Shown: positions 49,631-62,336, counted from the stretch's first letter. The stretch: DNA of 64,000 bases from an uncultured Chloroflexia bacterium (GCA_963801745.1 CAWDFY010000005.1:918619-982618), one strand, 5' to 3'. Program-made: numbers and translations. Notes: a model not told the origin generated them from the sequence alone.

Positions 49631-50343
49631 ATGGCCGTCGCCACGCTGCCCTTCACCGGCTTCCGCCCCGAGGCGATCGACTTCCTCGCGGACCTCGCCC
49701 AGAACAACGACCGCTCCTGGTTCCAGCCGCGCAAGGCCGACTACGAGCGGCTCCTCAAGGAGCCGATGGAGGCATTCGTCGAGGCCCTGGCCGAGCGGCA
49801 TTCGAACGCCGAGACCTGCCGCTCCAGGCCGATCCGAAGCGGTCGATCTTCCGGATCTACCGCGACACACGCTTCGCCAAGGACAAGTCGCCCTACAAGA
49901 CCCACCTGGGCGCGAGCTTCCCGTGGGTGGAGGGCATGGACCCGGACACGGCGATGTCCCACGGCGAGCACCGCAACGGCGCGTACTTCCACCTCCAGCC
50001 GGGCAACAACTACGCCGGTGGCGGGATGTGGCGCGCCTCGAAGGCCGTCCTCGACGCCTTCCGCCAGGCCATCCTCGACGACGAGGCGCGGGTCCGCGCG
50101 GCGCTCGAGGACCCCCGGTTCATCGCCGAGTTCGGGCCGGTCGAGAGCCACGACACCCTCAAGCGCGTGCCGCCGGGCTACCCGCCCGACCACCCGATGG
50201 CCGAGCTGTTCCGCTACAAGGACGTGGTCTTCGGGCGACGGCTGTCCGACGACGAGGTCTACTCCGCCGAGCTGCCCGACATCCTGGCGACGGCGTACGC
50301 CTCGGCGACGCCGGTGTTCCGGTTCCTGTCCTCGCTCGACTGA
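49631..50343 (+). CDS. DUF2461 / TIGR02453 family protein, 1 frameshift near 49815
   Basis: The N-terminus reads MAVATLPFTGFRPEAIDFLADLAQNNDRSWFQPRKADYERLLKEPMEAFVEALAE. The next frame reads DPKRSIFRIYRDTRFAKDKSPYKTHLGASF...RVPPGYPPDHPMAELFRYKDVVF. Confidence 0.7.
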
Positions 50344-50352
50344 CGACGGAGG

Positions 50353-51295
50353 ATGCGGTTCGGCGCTGCGTTCTGGATCCAGCGCACCAGCTGGCCCGAC
50401 CTGCGCGATGCGTGCCTCGCCGTCGAGGCGGCGGGCTGGGACTCGATCTGGCTCGACGACCACCTGCTGTCGGACGAGGGGGACTGGAGCGACCCGAAGC
50501 TGGAGGGCTGGGCGTCGCTCGCCGCGGTCGCATCGCTGACGACGCGCGTCCGCCTCGGGCTGCTGGTGTCGTCGACGACGTTCCGGAACCCGGGGCTCAT
50601 CGCCAAGCTGGCGACGACGCTGGACCACGTGTCGGGCGGGCGGAGCGTGCTCGGGCTCGGCGGCGGCTGGTTCGGCCGCGAGCACGACGCCTTCGGCATC
50701 GATTTCGGGACAGGCTTCGGGGAACGGCTCGACCGGCTCGACGAGGCGACGATGATCGTCCGGCGGCTGCTCGACGGCGAGCGGTTCTCACACGCCGGCC
50801 GCTTCTTCCGGGTCGACGACGCGGTGTGCGAACCGCGCCCCGTGCAGGAGCGGCTGCCGATCCTGATCGGCGGCTCCGGGCCGACCAAGACGCTGCGCAC
50901 GACGGCCCGGTACGCCGACCTGTGGAACGGCTATGGCGACCCGGACCGCATCGCCGACGTGTCCGAGGTCCTGCGCACCCGCTGCGGGGAGGATCGGCCG
51001 TCCGTTCGAGTCGATCGAGCGGACCGTGACGGTCCACGCCGTCGTGCGCGACACCGCGGCGCACGCGGTCGAGGCGTGGACGCCGATCGCCAAGCGGCAC
51101 GGCCTGGTCGACCGCGTGGCCGCCGACGGCACCGATCGGGGCCTCACCGTCGGTGGTTCGCCGCAAGAAGTAGCCGCGTACCTCGACGGCTATCGCCGCA
51201 TCGGGGTCGGCGAGGTGGTGTTCGTGTTCCGCCACCCCTTCGACCTGGAGACCGTCGGGCGGCTCGACGAGGTCCGGGCCGCGCTCGGCGGCTAG
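50353..51295 (+). CDS. LLM-class F420-dependent oxidoreductase (second copy), 1 frameshift near 50990
   Basis: The N-terminus reads MRFGAAFWIQRTSWPDLRDACLAVEAAGWDSIWLDDHLL. The C-terminus GRPFESIERTVTVHAVV...GVGEVVFVFRHPFDLETVGRL is in the +1 frame after the cggggag run. Confidence 0.7.
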
Positions 51296-52270
51296 GTCCC
51301 TGACCGCTCCTCGGCGGTCGTGCGTCGCCACAGCTCGGCCGCGAGCAGCTCGGCCACCACCGAGGCGACGATCGCCCGCTCGAAGCGATCGGCCGCCGGA
51401 CGCGGCGGGACCGGGATCGTCAGCGCGGCGCCATCGACCGCGTCTCCGACGACGATCGTCTCCCCTCCCCGGCGGGCGATCGTGCGGACGACCTCCGCGT
51501 CGGCCGGCGCGCCGCCGAAGAGCAGCGCCCGGTGGCCGGGCAGCGCGAGGTAGACCGCGGTGTGCAGCCAGTCGCCGGTGTCGTGTCGCGGTGCGCCGGC
51601 AGACGCGGCGCCTCGCGCAGCATGAGCGCCGCCTGCTGGACCAGCGCCGAGTCGGCCGCGTCGCCGACGACGTCGATCGCCGTGGCGCCGTCGAGGAGAT
51701 CGGCCGCGTCGGACAGCCACGCATCGCGGCCGTCGATCGCGGCCCCCAGTGCCTCGACCGCCGGGCGGAACGAGCCGGCGCTCGGACCGTCCGCCGACCC
51801 AGCGACCGGCGAGCATCGCCGAGCACCGCGACCGTGGCCCGGAACGTGCGCGTGGCGATGCCGGACGCCTCTTGCCGCGCGAACAGCGGCAACACGTGAT
51901 CGGCGGCCTCGGCCAGCGGCGACTCGATCCTGTCGGTCACCGCCACGACCCGGCCGTGGCCGCGATGGCGTCGGGCCGCCTCGACGACCTCCGGCGTGTG
52001 GTCCCGGACGCCGACACCGCGACCACGACGAGGTCCCCGGACGGTGCGGTCGGCGCGCCGCTCGACGCGTACTCGGACCAGGCCGCGACACCGCGGCTCC
52101 GGAGCTCCGCGGCGGCGGTCAGCGCCGCGTACCGCGAGCTGCCGAGCCCGACGAACGCGACCCGGCCGGGCGCCGCGCCGATGCCCGCGAGGGGTCCGCG
52201 CGGGTCCCCGTACGCGTCGAGCAGCTCGGCCAGGGCGGACGGCCCGGCGAGGATGTCGTCGAGCAGCGCG
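51292..52270 (-). pseudogene. SIS-domain sugar-phosphate isomerase/deaminase-like protein, at least 2 frameshifts
   Basis: The N-terminal SIS segment is RVAFVGLGSSRYAALTAAAELRSRGVAAWSEYAS...DLVVVAVSASGTT. The C-terminal segment DWLHTAVYLALPGHRALLF...AIVASVVAELLAAELWRR lies in another frame. Confidence 0.5.
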
Positions 52271-52286
52271 TCGGCGCGATCGGCGC

Positions 52287-53500
52287 TCACGCCCCTGCCC
52301 CGGCGTCCTCGAACAGCGCCCGCATCCCCTCGGTCGGCGCGTACAGCCACGCGGGCAGGTAGGTCGTGGCGTAGGCGAACTCGTACAGCTCCTTGTCGAC
52401 CTCGAAGGCGTGGAGGAGGTCCGGGTCGACGTCGACCCAGACCCGCCGCTCCGCCAGCTCGGCGCGGTACGCCTCGAGGAACCGTTCGCGGGCCCGCCGG
52501 ATCCAGGCCTCGGGGTCGAGCCCGGTGTGGTCCAGCGGGCCGCCGTGACGCGTCTCGGCACGTCGACGCGCGCTCCGCGCGACGTGATCGAGCGACCGCA
52601 GCATGGACGCCACGTCGCGGAGCGGCCGGCCGGTGCGCTCGGCGCTCCTCGGGCGTGGCGAGCGGCTCGCCCTCGAAGTCGATGATCCGGAAGCCGTCAG
52701 GTGCGATGAGCACCTGGCCCAGGTGGTAGTCGCCATGGGCACGGATCACCTCCGGCGCGGAGGCCAGCGCGTCGATCACGGTGATCGCCTCGGCGATGCG
52801 CGGCGCGAGGTCGCGGACGAGTCGCCCGGCGTCGCCGGACGTGGCCTCCAGCGCGGCGGCGAGATGCTCGTGCGCGGCCGTCGCCCAGCCCCGGATCTCG
52901 TCTCGGGTCGCGTTCCGCGGCGCCATGTCGGGCAGCCCGTGGCCGTCCGCGACCGCCGCGTGGAGCCCGGCCGTCAGCGTGCCCAGGTCGGCCGCGATCT
53001 CGGTCGCGAACTCGAGGCTCACCTCGCCGGGCGCCAGCGATCCACTCCGCGAGGGCCTCGGCCAGCGACTCGAACGCGTCGGCGCCGTCGGCCACGAACT
53101 CCTGGAGCATCGCGACCGTGGTCGAGCCATCGCGCTGGGTGATCACCTCGGCGAAGCCGGCGAGGCGGGGGATCGCCGGGAAGCCGGCGTCCTCGCTCAG
53201 GAACGCCGTCATCTCGAGGTCCGGGTTGAGGCCGGGCTGGAGCCGGCGGAACGCCTTGAGCAGGAGCGCGTCCCGCCAGCACCACCGAGGTGTGCGACTG
53301 GTCCGCCCCGAGGTCGCGCTCCGGGCCCGGCGCGTCAGGAGCCAGGTCGCGGAGAGCACGGGCCGGGCGGGCCACCAGGGCGGCCGTCGGACCCGTACCC
53401 GGGGTCGTCGACCCGCGCCAGCGCGGCGATGGTCCGGCCCTCGGCCATCGCCACGGCCAGCGTCCGCCACGTCCCGTCGCCGGGCGCCGCGACCCGCAGC
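52287..53500 (-). pseudogene. maltokinase-like (aminoglycoside-phosphotransferase-fold) kinase, at least 3 frameshifts
   Basis: Fragments lie in different frames. These are ALLLKAFRRLQPGLNPDLEMTAFL..., then HGDYHLGQVLIAPDGFRIIDFEGEP..., then the C-terminus ERRVWVDVDPDLLHAFEVDKELYEFAYATTYLPAWL. The 5-prime boundary is uncertain. Confidence 0.45.
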
Positions 53501-53729
53501 GGGTCGGCCGGTCAGCGCGAGGCTGTATCGCTCGCGGACGCCGTCGTCGAGCCGGACGACGATCGTCGCGAGGACGTGCGGACCGGCCTCGTCGAGGACG
53601 AACGCCTCCTCGAGCGACGCCTCGCCGATGGTCCGGCCCTTGGCGCCGAACCAGCGCGCCCCGGCGACCGCGTCGAGGTCGAGCGCCGAGATCGCCGCGG
53701 CGACCTCGGCTCGGGTGGGACCGCCGACG

Positions 53730-55183
53730 TCAGCCGCCCGTGTTGATCATCACGTGCTTGACGAACGTGTAGTCCTCGAGCGCGTACTTCGAGCCGTCCT
53801 TGCCGTAGCCGGACTGCTTCACGCCGCCGTGCGGTGTCTCCGACGCCAGCGTGAAGTGCTCGTTGATCCAGACGTGGCCGAACTCGAGCGCCTTGGCGAC
53901 GCGCATCGCCTTGCCGATGTCGCTCGTGAAGATCGACGACGCGAGGCCGTAGGGCGTGTCGTTCGCCCACTGCGATCGCCGTGTCCTCGTCGCTGAAGCG
54001 CTGGACCGTGACGACCGGCCCGAAGATCTCGTCCTGGATGATCTCGGACTTCTGGTCGGGGCCGGCGATGATCGTCGGCTCGTAGTAGGCGCCAGGCCGG
54101 TCGGGCCGCTTGCCGCCGACGACGACCTCGGCGCCGCCGCGCGCGCGGTCGACCATGCCCTCGACCTTGTCGGCCTGGGCCTTGGCGATGAGCGAGCCCA
54201 TCTCGATGTCGTCGCCCTCGGCCGGGTCGCCCCACTTGATCGTGCGGACCTGGTCGGCGAGCGCCGAGACGAAGTTGTCGTAGACCTTCGGCCCGGCGAT
54301 GACGCGGGTCGCGGCCGTGCAGTCCTGGCCGGAGTTCCAGTAGCCGGCCGAGCGCAGGGTCTCGGCGGCGAGGTCGATGTCGGCGTCGTCGAAGACGATG
54401 ATCGGCGCCTTGCCGCCGAGCTCGAGGTGCAGCCGCTTGACGGTGTCGGCGGCGATCTTGGCGATGCGCTTGCCGGTCGCCGTGTCGCCGGTGATCGAGA
54501 CCATCCGGACCTTCGGATGGCCGACCAGCGCGTCGCCGATGTCGGCGCCCGAGCCGGACAGGACGTTGACCACGCCCGGCGGCAGGATGTCGGCGAGGAT
54601 CTGGGCGAACGCCAGTGCGGTCAGCGGGGTGCGGGCCGAGGGCTTCAGCACGACGGTGTTGCCGGTCGCGAGCGCCGGGCCCGAGCTTCCACGTCGCCAT
54701 GTAGAGCGGGTAGTTCCACGGCGCGATCGACGCGACGACGCCGATCGGGTCGCGCCGGATGATCGACGTGTGGCCGGCCAGGAACTCGTTGGCGGCGAGG
54801 CCGTCCATCACCCGCGCGGCGCCGGCGAAGAAGCGGAACAGGTCGGCGCAGGTGGCCATCTCGTCGATCGCCGCACCGACCGGCTTGCCGGCGTTGGCGC
54901 TCTCGAGCCGGCCGAGCTCGTCGGCCTTGGCATCGAGCGCGTCGGCGATCTTGAGCATCAGCAGCGAGCGGTCCTGCGGGGTCGTCTGCTTCCACGTCTC
55001 GAAGGCCGTGTCGGCGGCCTCGACGGCCCGATCGACGTCCTCCTGCGAGCTCGCCGGCACGTTGGCGATGACCTCGTCGTTGGCCGGGTTGACGACCTCG
55101 GCGGTCTTGCCGTCGGCGGCATCGACGAAGTCGCCGCCGATGAGCTGCTGGTAGGTCTTGGCTCGTTCGAGGGTCTCGGTCAC
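53730..55183 (-). CDS. aldehyde dehydrogenase (NAD(P)+), 2 frameshifts (about 54645 and about 53935)
   Basis: GTG start. The N-terminus up to [17 protein letters not shown] is in frame 1. The middle [14 protein letters not shown]...ELGGKAP...GQDCTAATR... is in frame 2. The C-terminus [15 protein letters not shown]...[24 protein letters not shown]...INTGG* returns to another frame. Confidence 0.8.
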
Positions 55184-55500
55184 GGGTCGCTCCTCCGGGC
55201 GTGACGGATCGGGTGGGAAAGTGTCGCCATCCTAGTCCCGGACCGGTAGCGGCGTCCCGCAGCGTGGGCGCCGGGAGCGCCGGGAATGCTCGGCCTGTGC
55301 TGTGGCGCCCGGGCGGTCGGGATCGTCGCTCAGCGGTGCTATCGACGAAGGACGGCCCGCTGTTCGGTCGATGTCGTCGCCCAGCGACGCAATTGACCAC
55401 GAAGCTCGATCCCAAGGGTCGAACGCACCGGCCAGCGACAGGTTCAACCAAGGTGCTCGGTCCATAGCACCGCCTGGCGACGATGGCGGCGCCACCGCGT

Positions 55501-55776
55501 TCAGCCGGGACGCAGCACCATCAGCACGACGATGACCACCACCAGCGCCAGCTCGATCCAGCCGAGCAACCGCGCTCGCGGCTCGGTGAGCAGTTCGATC
55601 ACACCCGCGTCGTCGCCGGCATCGGCGGTCGCCCGCACCATCGCCGATCGGCGGCGCCAGACGACGGACCCGATGAACACGACGATCGCGTACAGCACGA
55701 TCGAGGCGAGGACCCAGGCTTGGGTCAGCGCGGAGCCGATGTGGACGAGCGCCAGGATCGGCCTCAGGACCTCCAT
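55501..55776 (-). CDS. small 3-TM membrane protein (hypothetical)
   Basis: 91 aa. Hydrophobic helices are ILALVHIGSALTQAWVLASIVLYAIVVFIGSVVW and LLGWIELALVVVIVVLMVL. Confidence 0.4.
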   Translation of the reverse strand: MEVLRPILALVHIGSALTQAWVLASIVLYAIVVFIGSVVWRRRSAMVRATADAGDDAGVIELLTEPRARLLGWIELALVVVIVVLMVLRPG

Positions 55777-55885
55777 CGCCCCATCCTAGTGGCGCCCCTT
55801 GCACCCTAGGATGACGGACGGGAGGCCGATGTCGGCCTCCCGATCGCCGTTTGCGCCGCCCGGTGCAACGCCCGGGAGAAGTAGG

Positions 55886-56191
55886 TCAGTCCGTCTTGCG
55901 ACCGCCTCGCGGCCCGCACTTGGTGGACGCTGCGCGGAGCGACCTGGTCGGCTTCGCGATGCTCGAGTCCTCGTCGACCTCGATCTCGAAGCGCTTCGCG
56001 GCGCTCAGCACCTTCTTGCGGGCGCGTTCCTTGGCGGCCTTGCTCTCGAACCCGGTCTGGTTGAACCGGGCGATCGCGTTGCGCACGTGTGATGCGTCGT
56101 TGATCGGCAGATGCTCGCCGCCATCGGAATCGACATAAGCGAACTGGTTCGACCGGAGCTTGTCGCGGTCACTGGCATCGAGCTGGGTCAT
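55886..56191 (-). CDS. small conserved hypothetical protein (101 aa)
   Basis: A strong RBS GGTGGAGGTGA lies just before the ATG at 56191. The sequence reads MTQLDASDRDKLRSNQFAYVDSDGGEHLPINDASHVRNAIARFNQTGFES.... It abuts the glycosyltransferase stop. Confidence 0.5.
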   Translation of the reverse strand: MTQLDASDRDKLRSNQFAYVDSDGGEHLPINDASHVRNAIARFNQTGFESKAAKERARKKVLSAAKRFEIEVDEDSSIAKPTRSLRAASTKCGPRGGRKTD

Positions 56192-56195
56192 GTGG

Positions 56196-57621
56196 TCACC
56201 TCCACCTGAACACCCTCGCACGCGGCACGTCACCAACGGTCCGCCGGACGCTTGCGAGCCCTTTCAGGGGCGTTTCGGTCGTCCAGGGGGACGCGTCGCT
56301 CCGACGGCCGGTCGCAGCGATCTGCTCGACGAGGTCGGCGGCCCGGACGGTGCCCGACGAGGCCTTGATCCGGTCCGACATCGCCGCGAGTCGGCTCGCC
56401 AGCGCCCGATCGGCGAGCAGCCGGTCGATGGCGCCCGTCAGCTCGTCGTCCTCGAAGCCGTAGGTCGAGAGACGCCTGCCGAAGCCCGGTCTCGTCGACC
56501 CGCTGGGCGTTGTCGACCTGGTCCCAGAACAGGGGCAGCACGATCATCGGCTTGCCGTGGTGGAACGCCTCGGTGACGGTGTTGTTGCCGCCGTGGGTGA
56601 TGACCAGGTCGACCTGCGGCAGGATCGCCGGCTGGGGCAGGAAGCCCTCGCCGGTCTGGTTGTCGTGCAGCCGTGATCTGGTCGGCGAGCGGCCCCTTCG
56701 ACACGATCACCCGGTGCGGCGTCGTCGGCCAGCACGTCGACCAGCCGCTGCATCAGCTCGACGTCGGCCGAGCCGAGCGACCCCAGGGAGAGGTAGATCA
56801 GCGCTCCATCCCGCTCGGCCAGGTCCTCGGGCAGCGACCACGTCGCCTCCGGCGCGCGGACCGTCGAGTCGAGCCGATGCCACGTCGGGCCGAGCGGCGC
56901 CGACCGCTCGTAGTCGGCCTCGGCCGGGTACGAGTACAGGTTGAGGTACGGCGACTCGGCGATGAACTCGGGTCCGAGCATCGCCGTAGGTCAGGCCGGT
57001 CTCGCCGTGCGTCCGGCAGAACGCGTCGAAGTCCGCCCACATGTCGGCGTGCGTCCGGCGGACCTCGTCGAGGAACGCCGGCCAGCCGCTCTGGTCGGCG
57101 ACCGGATAGCCGCTGCGAGAACGGCGCGATCCGCGGATCCTTCATCTCCATCGGGTTGCACGACACGATCCGCACCCACGGCCGCCCGACTGGCGGCGAT
57201 GGCCGGGAAGGCGACGACGTTGTCCTCGACGATGACGTCGGGCGCGACCTCGTCGAAGATCTCGGTCGAGGCGCGGGTCCACGTACTTCGCACCGTCGAT
57301 GAGCGCCTGCCAGGTCGGCGCGATGAAGTCGCCCAGCTGCTCGAGCGTCGTCTTGCGGAAGACCGGCGCGGTGTCGCGGATGAAGTCGATCCAGAACTGG
57401 CCCGGGACCTCGGGCTCGGCCGGCGGCGGGCCGAGGCGCATCAGCCGCTCCTCGAACCCCTTGGCCTCGAGCGTGCCCGCGAACGACTCCTCGACGATGA
57501 ACACGACCCGGTGCCCGCGGGCCCGCAGCACCTGCCCGATGCCGACGCAGTTGTTCGTCGGACCGTAGGCGCCCTCGGGGAAGAAGACGATCGTGCGCGC
57601 GTCGGTCACGTGCCCCTCCAT
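56196..57621 (-). pseudogene. UDP-glycosyltransferase (GT1 / MGT family), at least 4 frameshifts
   Basis: The N-terminus is MEGHVTDARTIVFFPEGAYGPTNNCVGIGQVLRARGHRVVF. The middle is PWVRIVSCNPMEMKDPRIAP. The donor-binding region is HHGG..MIVLPLFWDQVDNAQRVDETGLR. The C-terminus is SDRIKASSGTVRAADLVEQIAATG. Each lies in a different frame. Confidence 0.5.
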
Positions 57622-57639
57622 TGCGGCGATGTCGGGCGA

Positions 57640-60480
57640 ATCTACCGTCCCAGGATGCAGGGCGATCGCGAGGATCGCGACGGCCGCGACCGCGACCGCC
57701 GGGTCGAGCCACGACCAGCGCATGATCCGGTAGTAGGTGCGCGGCCCGGACCCGAACGCGCGCGCGTCCATCGACACCGCCATCCGGTCGCCGTGGCGGA
57801 TCGCGAGCACGAGCAGGCCGACGAACAGGCGCGGGTGCCAGCCGCCACGCAACCCGCGGATCCGCCGGGCCTCGCGGAGCGTCTGTGAGGTCGTCGGCGA
57901 AGCGCGGGATCGCCTGGTACGCGGCCAGCGCCCCGTACGCGAACCGCGCCGGCACACGGCGCCTGCTGGACGAGCGAGTCGACCAGCCGGGTCGAGTCGG
58001 TCGTCAGCGCGAAGACCGCCCCGACGCAGGCGATCGCTACGACCCGCATCGCGATCGCGAACCCATGCGACCACGGCCTCGTCGGCGATGCGGATCGGCC
58101 CGACCGTCAGGAACGTCGGCCGTCGTCGGATCGCCGTTGGCCGCCGAGAACAGCGTGTTCGACACGCCGATCGCCAGCGCCGCCAGCCACAGCGGGGTCG
58201 AGTGTCCGGAGCAGGTTCGCGGGCGTGATGCCGCCGAGGACGAGGCCGGCGACCAGCACGACCACGGCCAGCACGACCGGGGGCACCGGGTGGAGCGTGA
58301 ACGCCAGGCCGATCAGCCACAGCAACGCGATCGCCAGCTTCACGATCGGGCTGGTCCGGCCGAGGACGCTGTCGAGCTGGGCGTCCGCGACCTCGAACCG
58401 TCCGGCGATCACGCGACGGCCTCGTCGCGCACGATCCAGCCCTCGTCGAGCTGCGACGACGCGGACGGCGACGTCCCGCGACGAAGCGCTCGTCGTGGGT
58501 CGCGGCGATGAGGCACGCCCCGTCGTCGAGATGCTCGCCGAGGATGCCGAGCAGGCCCTCGTAGCCGAGCCGGTCCTGCCCGAACGTCGGCTCGTCGAGG
58601 ACCAGCACCTCCGGGCGGCGGACCAGCACGCACGCCAGGGACAGCCGCCGCTGCTCACCGCCGGACAGCCGGTACGGGCTGCGCGCGCCCGAACTCGCTC
58701 GAGCGGCAGCCCGAGCCGGGCCATCAGGTCGTCGAGCCGCGGCCTCCTCGTCGACCGGCAGCCCGAGCGACACCTCGTCGGCGACGGTCTGGGCGAGGAA
58801 CTGGCGCTCCGGCTCCTGGAAGACGTAGCCGGCGTGCCGGGCGAGCGTCGCGGGCGGCAGGTCGGCCGGGTCGCTCGCCGTCGAGTCGGACGCGTGCCCT
58901 GGTCGGGACGCAGCAGCCCGACCAGGAGACGACCGAGCGTCGACTTGCCGCTGCCGTTCGCGCCGACGAGCGCGATGCGCTCGCCGACCGCCGCCTCGAG
59001 GTCGACATCGCGAAGGACCGGGTCGCGCGCGGTCGTACCCGAACCGGACGGCGTCGGCGCGGACGGCGACCGCGGCCCGGCGATGGCGTGCTTCGAGAGC
59101 CGGCTCGTGCGCGACCTCGCCGGGCAGCCAGATGCCCGGCCGCCCGCATCGCGTCGGCGGAACGCGCCAGGACGTCGGCCGGGACGCCCGACGTCGATCG
59201 GGCGGCCGTCGGGGCCGAGCGCCAGCACGATGTCGGCGAGCGGCCACGCCGGTCGACCCGGTGCTCGATCAGCACGACGGTCGTCGGAGCGCGCGCTCGC
59301 GCAGCGACGCGAGGGCGATCATGAGCGCCTCGGCGCCGGCGCGGTCGAGGTTGGCGGTCGGCTCGTCGAGGACGAGCAGCCCGGGTCGCGGCGCGAGCGC
59401 GCCGGCCAGCGCGAGCCGCTGCTGCTGACCGCCCGACAGCCGGCGCGACCGTCGCCGCTCCATGCTCGCCCAGGCCCGACCGTCGCCGAGCGCCTCGGGC
59501 ACGCGCGCCTGCATGTCGCTCAGCGGCCAGGCCCGGTTCTCGAGCCCGAACGCGACATCGTCCTCGACGCGCTCCATGACGAGCTGGACGGACGGGTCCT
59601 GGAGCACGAGGCCGACGCGGGCACCGACGTCGACCGGGCCGAGCGTCCGGACGTCCTCGCCGTCGAGCTCGAGCGACCCCGTCATCGTGGCCGGGAGCTC
59701 GCGCGGGCACCAGGCCCGCGACCGCCAGCGCGAGCGTGCTCTTGCCCGAGCCCGACGGCCCGACGACCAGCAGCACCGCGCCCGGCTCGAGGTCGAGGTC
59801 GACCGCCTCGAGCGCCGGCCGCTCGGCGCCGGCGTAGGTGACCCCGAGGTCACGGGCCCGGAGCGCGACGGGGCGTCAGTCCGGGAACCCTTCGAGCACG
59901 CCGGCCTGCTTGAGCGCGCGGTGGAGCACCACCGACCCACCCGCAACGATGACCACCGCCGAGATGCGCCATCGCGACGCCGCGGACGATCTGGACGACC
60001 GGGTCGAACGCCCGCGTAGTAGACGACCCAGTCGTGGATCCAGGCGGCGGCGCGCTGGCGACGGCGGCGACGGCGAGGACCGGGAACGTCCAGATCCGGT
60101 ACAGCGTGAACGCGAACACGAGCTCGGCGGCCGCGCCCTGGACGAACCCGGACAGCAGCGTGTCGACACCCCACAGGCTGCCCAGCAGCGCCGACACGCC
60201 GGCCGCCACCATCTCGGCGAACAGCGCGGCGCCAGGCTTGCGGATGATCAGCGGCGCGAGCACGGCAGGGATGAGCCAGACCGCGTAGAACAGGTCGCGC
60301 AGCGGCGGGGCGATCGCGTTGATGGCCGCGAGCGGGCCGTCCCAGACGATGCCCCAGACCCAGAACACGACGCCGAACGCGACGCCGATGACCGCGGCGA
60401 CGACGATGTCGCGCGTCCGCCAGCGCGTATCGGGGTAGGCGGTCGGCGCCGGCGCGTCGATGGTCGTCGGTCATGATGTC
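57640..60480 (-). pseudogene. ECF-type (energy-coupling factor) transporter module: EcfT, two ABC ATPase domains (EcfA/EcfA') and an S component; heavily frameshifted
   Basis: Recognisable pieces are scattered over all three minus frames. These are EcfT (IVKLAIALLWLIGLAFTL..., ...MAVSMDARAFGSGPRTYYR). ATPase 1 (LVGANGSGKSTLGRLL; YRLSGGEQRRLSLACVLVRRPEVLVLDEPT). ATPase 2 (LSGGQQQRLALAGALAPRPGLLVLDEPTANLD). An S-component-like helical protein (MFWVWGIVWDGPLAAINAIAPPLRDLFYAVWLIP...). Internal gene boundaries were not resolved. Confidence 0.4.
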
Positions 60481-60512
60481 CGAACCTCCTCGGTCGATCT
60501 CGAGCGACGCCG

Positions 60513-61440
60513 TCACCGACTCCGGTCGGGCGTCATGGATCGATGTGGCCTGCTTCCTTCGCCGGTACGAGCCGGATCAGGTTCGGCGGGTCTGTGGCGT
60601 CGCCACACTCTCAGCGCGCAGGGCGCTCCCCGGAGGCGGTGTTCGGTTGTGCCGGAAGCGTAGCACGCGGGCGGAGCCAGCCGATGACGTCGTCGAGGAC
60701 GGCGGGCCACTCCGGTTCGTTGTGCAGCTCGTGGCGAAGGCCCGGGTACGTCCGCCGCTCGACGCCGGGCGCGCCCTCGAACACCTCGGTGGCCGCGGGC
60801 GGGACGAGCCCGTCGTCGAGACCGTGCAGGACCAGCGTCGGCCCGCCGATCGACCGCGCGCCGGCGCGGACACGGGCCTGCTCGGCGAGCGCCTCGGCGC
60901 CGAACCGGGTGGTGCTGGTCCGGACGTTCAGCGGATCGGCGGCCGAGCGCCGACCGACCTCCGGATCGCGCGACAGCGCCTCGGGCCGCGATGTCGTTCG
61001 AGATCGACAGGGTCGGGACGAGCCTGCCGAGGATCGGCGCCAGGCGTCGCTTCCACCAGGCCAGCGTCGAGTCGAGGCCCGGTGCCGAGAGCACCGTCAG
61101 GTCCGGCCGCGGCCGGTCGGTCAGCAGGTAGCCCGCCCCGACGAGCCCGCCCATCGAATGGGCGTACAGCGCGACCGGCCGGCCGTCGGCGCCGGCGCGC
61201 ACCGCCGCCAGGCGCTCCTCGAGGTCGTCGTGGTAGCGACTCCAGCGGTCGATGTCACCGCGCCGGCCATCGCTGCCGCCGTTCCCGCGCTGGTCGTACG
61301 CGTGCGCGTCGAGGCCGGCGGCGGCGAAGTGCTCGCCGACGTGCTCGTACCGGCCCGACTGCTCGCCGAGCCCGTGCACGATCAGGACGGTCGCCCACGG
61401 ATCGGCCGCGCGGCCAGTGGCGGGTACGCAGGCCGATGCC
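60513..61440 (-). CDS. alpha/beta hydrolase (lysophospholipase / monoacylglycerol-lipase-like), frameshifted C-terminus
   Basis: The N-terminus reads VLIVHGLGEQSGRYEHVGEHFAAAGLDAHAYDQRGNGGSDGRRG. The nucleophile elbow is YAHSMGGLVG. The C-terminal 120 aa continue in another frame. Confidence 0.6.
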
Positions 61441-61498
61441 GTCGGCGGTGACGACACGCCCGATGTCGGAGGGCATCGGGCCGTAGGATGCACCAGCG

Positions 61499-62336
61499 AT
61501 GGGTGTGTCCGACGGATGGGTCGAGATCGGTGACCGCGTCTTCGTGCGCCGGTACGAGTTCTACGACCAGAACATCGGCGTCGTGCTCGGGCGCGCTGAG
61601 GCGCTCGTCATCGACACGCGCTCGACCTATGCGCAGGCGCGCGAGATCCAGGCCGACCTGCGCGAGCTGACCGACGACCCGGTCGGCGTCGTCGTCGACA
61701 CGCACGGCCACTTCGACCACGTCTTCGGCAACGGCATCTTCCGCCCGGCGACGATCTGGGGCCACGAGCGCTGTGTCACGTTCATGGTCCGCACCGGCGA
61801 AGCGCGCAAGAAGACCATCGCGGCCGAGGAGCCGCTCCTCGCCGACGAGCTCGCGGAGATCGTCATCGACCCGCCCGATCGCGTCTTCGCGACGAAGACG
61901 CGGGTCGAGGTCGGCGGTCGCGAGGTCGTGCTCCGCCATCTCGGCCGCGGCCACACCGACCACGACATCGTGATCGAGGTGCCGGGCACCGACGTCCTGT
62001 TCGCCGGCGACCTGCTCGAGAACGGCAGCGTGCCGTTCTTCGGCGATGCCTATCCGCTCGAATGGCCGGCGACAGCCGCCGCGCTCGCCGTGCGGGTGCA
62101 CCCTGACCGGGGCGTCGTCGTGCCGGGCCACGGCGACCATGGCGGGCGGGCCGTCGCCGACGCCCAGGCGGCGTCGCTTGAAGCGCTGGCGGATCTCGCC
62201 CGACGCGTGGAGGCCGGGGAGCTGCCGTTCGAGGAGGCGATCGCCGCGCAGGCCGTTCCCCGACCACCCGGCCGAGGATGCCCGCCGCGGCTTCGAGCGC
62301 GCCCGGCGCCAGATCCGCGGCGAGCTCGACTGACGG
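61499..62336 (+). CDS. MBL-fold metallo-hydrolase, frameshift near 62255
   Basis: The HxHxDH motif is DTHGHFDH. Later motifs are GHTDHDIV and HGD. The last 25 aa (FPDHPAEDARRGFERARRQIRGELD*) are in the adjacent frame. Confidence 0.7.

Noticed and set aside
47586-52561. Long ORFs 47586..48974(+), 48518..49870(-), 50597..52561(-)
   Set aside because: They are antisense to YjeF_N, mutY, DUF2461 and LLM2, with no domain signatures.
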